A DNA stretch of 64,000 nt from Nitrospinaceae bacterium. Lineage in GTDB: Bacteria > Nitrospinota > Nitrospinia > Nitrospinales > Nitrospinaceae. The notes under the pieces were generated by a model that saw only the letters and a program-made list of their open reading frames with translations, had not been told where the DNA came from and ran no database searches. Below, piece after piece: positions 61,660 to 64,000 of this stretch; positions within the stretch are counted from its first letter, which is position 1, and each line of letters starts with the position of its first letter. The position numbers and the translations under genes are program-made. Location: contig OZ245011.1 in the NCBI GenBank assembly GCA_965223665.1, positions 992,001 through 1,056,000 on the forward strand. Direction: 5' to 3'.

Positions 61660-61953
61660 ATGGAAAAAAAATCTGTATCAATGAGTCAAAAAATGGAATT
61701 AGAAAAGGTGGCTTTCTATTTGGAAGATCTCCTGGCCAGCTTGAAATCGGGAACACTATGCATTCAACAAGGAGAAAATCTTGTAACATTACATCCTAGC
61801 CAATTTGTTGATTTTGAAGTTGAAGCAGCTTCTAAAAAAGGGAAAGAGAAGCTCTCCATAGAACTCAACTGGCGAAACGATAAGGAAGAAGAACAGAAAG
61901 AATTTAAAATAATGTCTCAAGAACCTGTTGAGGAAGAAGTCGCGGCTGAGTAA
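61660..61953 (+). CDS. amphi-Trp domain protein (acidic tail)
   Basis: VAFYLEDLLASLKSG, LHP..VDFEVEA..KKGKEKLSIELNW; ATG 61660 with GGAGG RBS. Confidence 0.85.
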   Translation: MEKKSVSMSQKMELEKVAFYLEDLLASLKSGTLCIQQGENLVTLHPSQFVDFEVEAASKKGKEKLSIELNWRNDKEEEQKEFKIMSQEPVEEEVAAE

Positions 61954-62281
61954 GGTTTTAAAAATATTTTTCTGCTGGATTAAAATGGACCAACCTGAGA
62001 TTAGTAAGCCTAAAGGTCAAGATTCGCCAAAAATTATTTTGAATTCAAGATCCATTTTTTTGTTTTTGGTTTGACTAATACTCCCTTTGGTCCATTTTTT
62101 TTATTTTCCCGCTCACCCTCCAAACTTGAATCAATTATCTCCTTAAAATATTTCTCTCCAAATACTAATTCAATACAAGTACAGTTATTCTATTTTCTTG
62201 AATGAAGCTAATTTGAAAAAGAAATATTTATTTAAATGTGATTTTTTTTCGAGCTAGAATCATTCTTTTTAAGGAGACAAC

Positions 62282-64000
62282 ATGCCGGTAAAAAACCGAA
62301 ATCTATTAAGAAACTTTAATATTGTTTTTTTAAATTCATTGATTGTGTTTATGGTCTTAGGTTCCCCACTTTGGGCAGACCATCCCATAAACAAACCACG
62401 GAAACCCAAATATGGTTTTAATCGAATTGCTACATTCCCGGTATATTTGAATACAAGTGAAGGGGTGGAAACGGTAGCTGAAATTGTTTCAGTTTCAGAG
62501 GATGGGAATACCCTGATATACACAGACAGTGAAACAGAAAAAATTGGATTTGTAGATATAAAAAATCCGGAAAATCCTCTACCTGACGGAACGGTTGACT
62601 TAGGAGGAGAACCTACCTCAGTTGCTGTTTCCGGACGGTGGGCATTAGTTGGTGTAAATACTTCTCCAGATCTTTTAAATCCCTCTGGTCACTTAGCTAT
62701 TATAGATATCCCTCTTAAAATGATTGTTCATCAAATAGATTTAGGTGGACAACCTGACTCCGTTGCCGTAAGTCCGGACCGAAAATATGTAGCAATTGCA
62801 ATTGAAAATGAGAGGGATGAGGACATAGTCGTCAATGGAGAAGAAGGAGGTTTACCTCAATTACCTGCCGGATTTTTAGTTGTTGTTGAAACTAAAGGAG
62901 CGCCCGCTCAATGGTCTTCTCATAAAGTAGATTTGACTGGATTACCTGGGGTTGAATTTCCAGAAGATCCTGAACCAGAATTTGTCGATATTAATCGAGC
63001 AAATATTGCAGCCGTAACTCTGCAAGAAAATAACGCTATGGTTTTGGTTAACCTAAAAAGCCGAAAAGTGTTGCGCTCCTTTAATCTGGGAACAGTGAAC
63101 CTTGCAGATATCGATATAGAAGAAAATAAACTAATTGAACTCAACAGTAACCTCGATGACGTTCCGCGAGAGCCAGACGCCGTATCCTGGTTGCATAATT
63201 ATTTTTTGGTCACAGCCAATGAAGGTGATTTTAAGGGTGGGAGTCGTGGCTTTTCAATTTTCAATCCCTCAGGAACTGAAAAGTATGAATCTTATGAATC
63301 TGTTGAACACATTGCTGTAAAACACGGACACTATCCCGAAAAACGAGCCGACAGTAAGGGAAATGAACCAGAAGGAATTGAAGTCGCTCGGTACGGAAAT
63401 AAAACATTTATTTTTGTAGGTTCTGAACGAGGAAATTTTGTAGCGGTGTACTGTGCAAAGTTATTTCGCCGCCCCCAATTTATGCAATTGCTCCCAACGG
63501 GAGTTGGACCTGAAGGTTTACTGGCTATTCCAAAACGAAACCTGTTTGTTGTCGCCGCTGAAAAGGATGATGTAGATGAAGGTTTTCGATCTATTATTAC
63601 CATTTACAAATTGGAAAAAGGAAAACCAGTCTATCCGACCATTAAGTCAACTTATGATAGAAAATCCGGTTTACCTATTCCCTGGGGTGCTCTTTCAGGA
63701 CTGGCTGCAGATAAAGACAACAGCAACAAGCTTTATTCTGTGCATGACAGTTTTTATAACAACTCCAGAATCTATACCGTTAATGTTAAAAGAAAACCTG
63801 CCCACATCAAAAAAGAAACCATTTTAAAAGATAATGGAGAAATGGTGAATTTTGATTTAGAAGGCATTGTTCAAAGAGCTGATGGTGGCTTTTGGTTGGT
63901 TTCTGAAGGTAGAGGAGAAGACGACACATTAAATCTCCTAATTCGCGCCGATTCCAATGGAATAATTCAGGAAAAAGTGGAACTACCAGCATCTGTGAAC
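62282..64000 (+). CDS. Secreted alkaline-phosphatase-associated beta-propeller / phytase-like (esterase-like) protein, 3' end outside window
   Basis: Not in track; AAGGAG RBS, open for 573 codons; signal peptide, FNRIATFPV, GGEPTSVA, GGQPDSVA, ENERDED, DPEPEFV, TLQENN, ANEGD, KGNEPEG, WGALSGL, DLEGI...FWLVSEG. Confidence 0.8.
   Translation, partial: MPVKNRNLLRNFNIVFLNSLIVFMVLGSPLWADHPINKPRKPKYGFNRIATFPVYLNTSEGVETVAEIVSVSEDGNTLIYTDSETEKIGFVDIKNPENPLPDGTVDLGGEPTSVAVSGRWALVGVNTSPDLLNPSGHLAIIDIPLKMIVHQIDLGGQPDSVAVSPDRKYVAIAIENERDEDIVVNGEEGGLPQLPAGFLVVVETKGAPAQWSSHKVDLTGLPGVEFPEDPEPEFVDINRANIAAVTLQENNAMVLVNLKSRKVLRSFNLGTVNLADIDIEENKLIELNSNLDDVPREPDAVSWLHNYFLVTANEGDFKGGSRGFSIFNPSGTEKYESYESVEHIAVKHGHYPEKRADSKGNEPEGIEVARYGNKTFIFVGSERGNFVAVYCAKLFRRPQFMQLLPTGVGPEGLLAIPKRNLFVVAAEKDDVDEGFRSIITIYKLEKGKPVYPTIKSTYDRKSGLPIPWGALSGLAADKDNSNKLYSVHDSFYNNSRIYTVNVKRKPAHIKKETILKDNGEMVNFDLEGIVQRADGGFWLVSEGRGEDDTLNLLIRADSNGIIQEKVELPASVN

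Noticed and set aside
62269-63992. Six short track ORFs at the window end
   Set aside because: All are explained as shadows of the long plus-strand ORF starting at 62282
54915-64000. A bounded genomic island with a second att repeat
   Set aside because: No duplicate of the tRNA-Pro 3' end was seen in the window and no obvious compositional shift, so the right boundary and foreign origin of the GAK genes cannot be asserted

Overview
AT-rich bacterial chromosomal window. Gene content and order suggest a Nitrospinota-like or deltaproteobacterial diderm, which is an inference not checked by search. About 1-54.9 kb is mostly housekeeping and envelope genes: DksA with a histone-H1-like N-terminus, secA, rpsF-ssb-rpsR-DUF2232-rplI-dnaB with a probable S6:S18 leader, initiator tRNA-Met, lemA plus a GIDE-like protein, trpS-ileS-lspA-lgt, a MinD/FlhG-like ATPase, a probable CC-adding enzyme, a cobalamin-riboswitch-led ABC transporter with cobQ and a frameshifted TonB-like gene, dapL, folK, thiI with a cysteine desulfurase, ubiX, tmk, an RND pump, a B12 radical SAM enzyme, and a secreted M11-like metallopeptidase behind a sigma54-type promoter. 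After tRNA-Pro(GGG) at 54837-54914 lies a collapsed integrative-element remnant: a frameshifted tyrosine integrase fused in frame to the N-terminus of an unrelated gene. This is followed by the most interesting region, a six-gene GAK-type operon (PHP-like phosphoesterase, amphi-Trp, PhoU-kinase fusion, ATP-grasp ligase, HprK-related kinase, amphi-Trp). It lacks the usual CofD-like member, has 11-bp-periodic repeats upstream, and is followed by a secreted phytase/alkaline-phosphatase-like gene that runs off the window. All calls come from reading motifs by eye; no searches were run.
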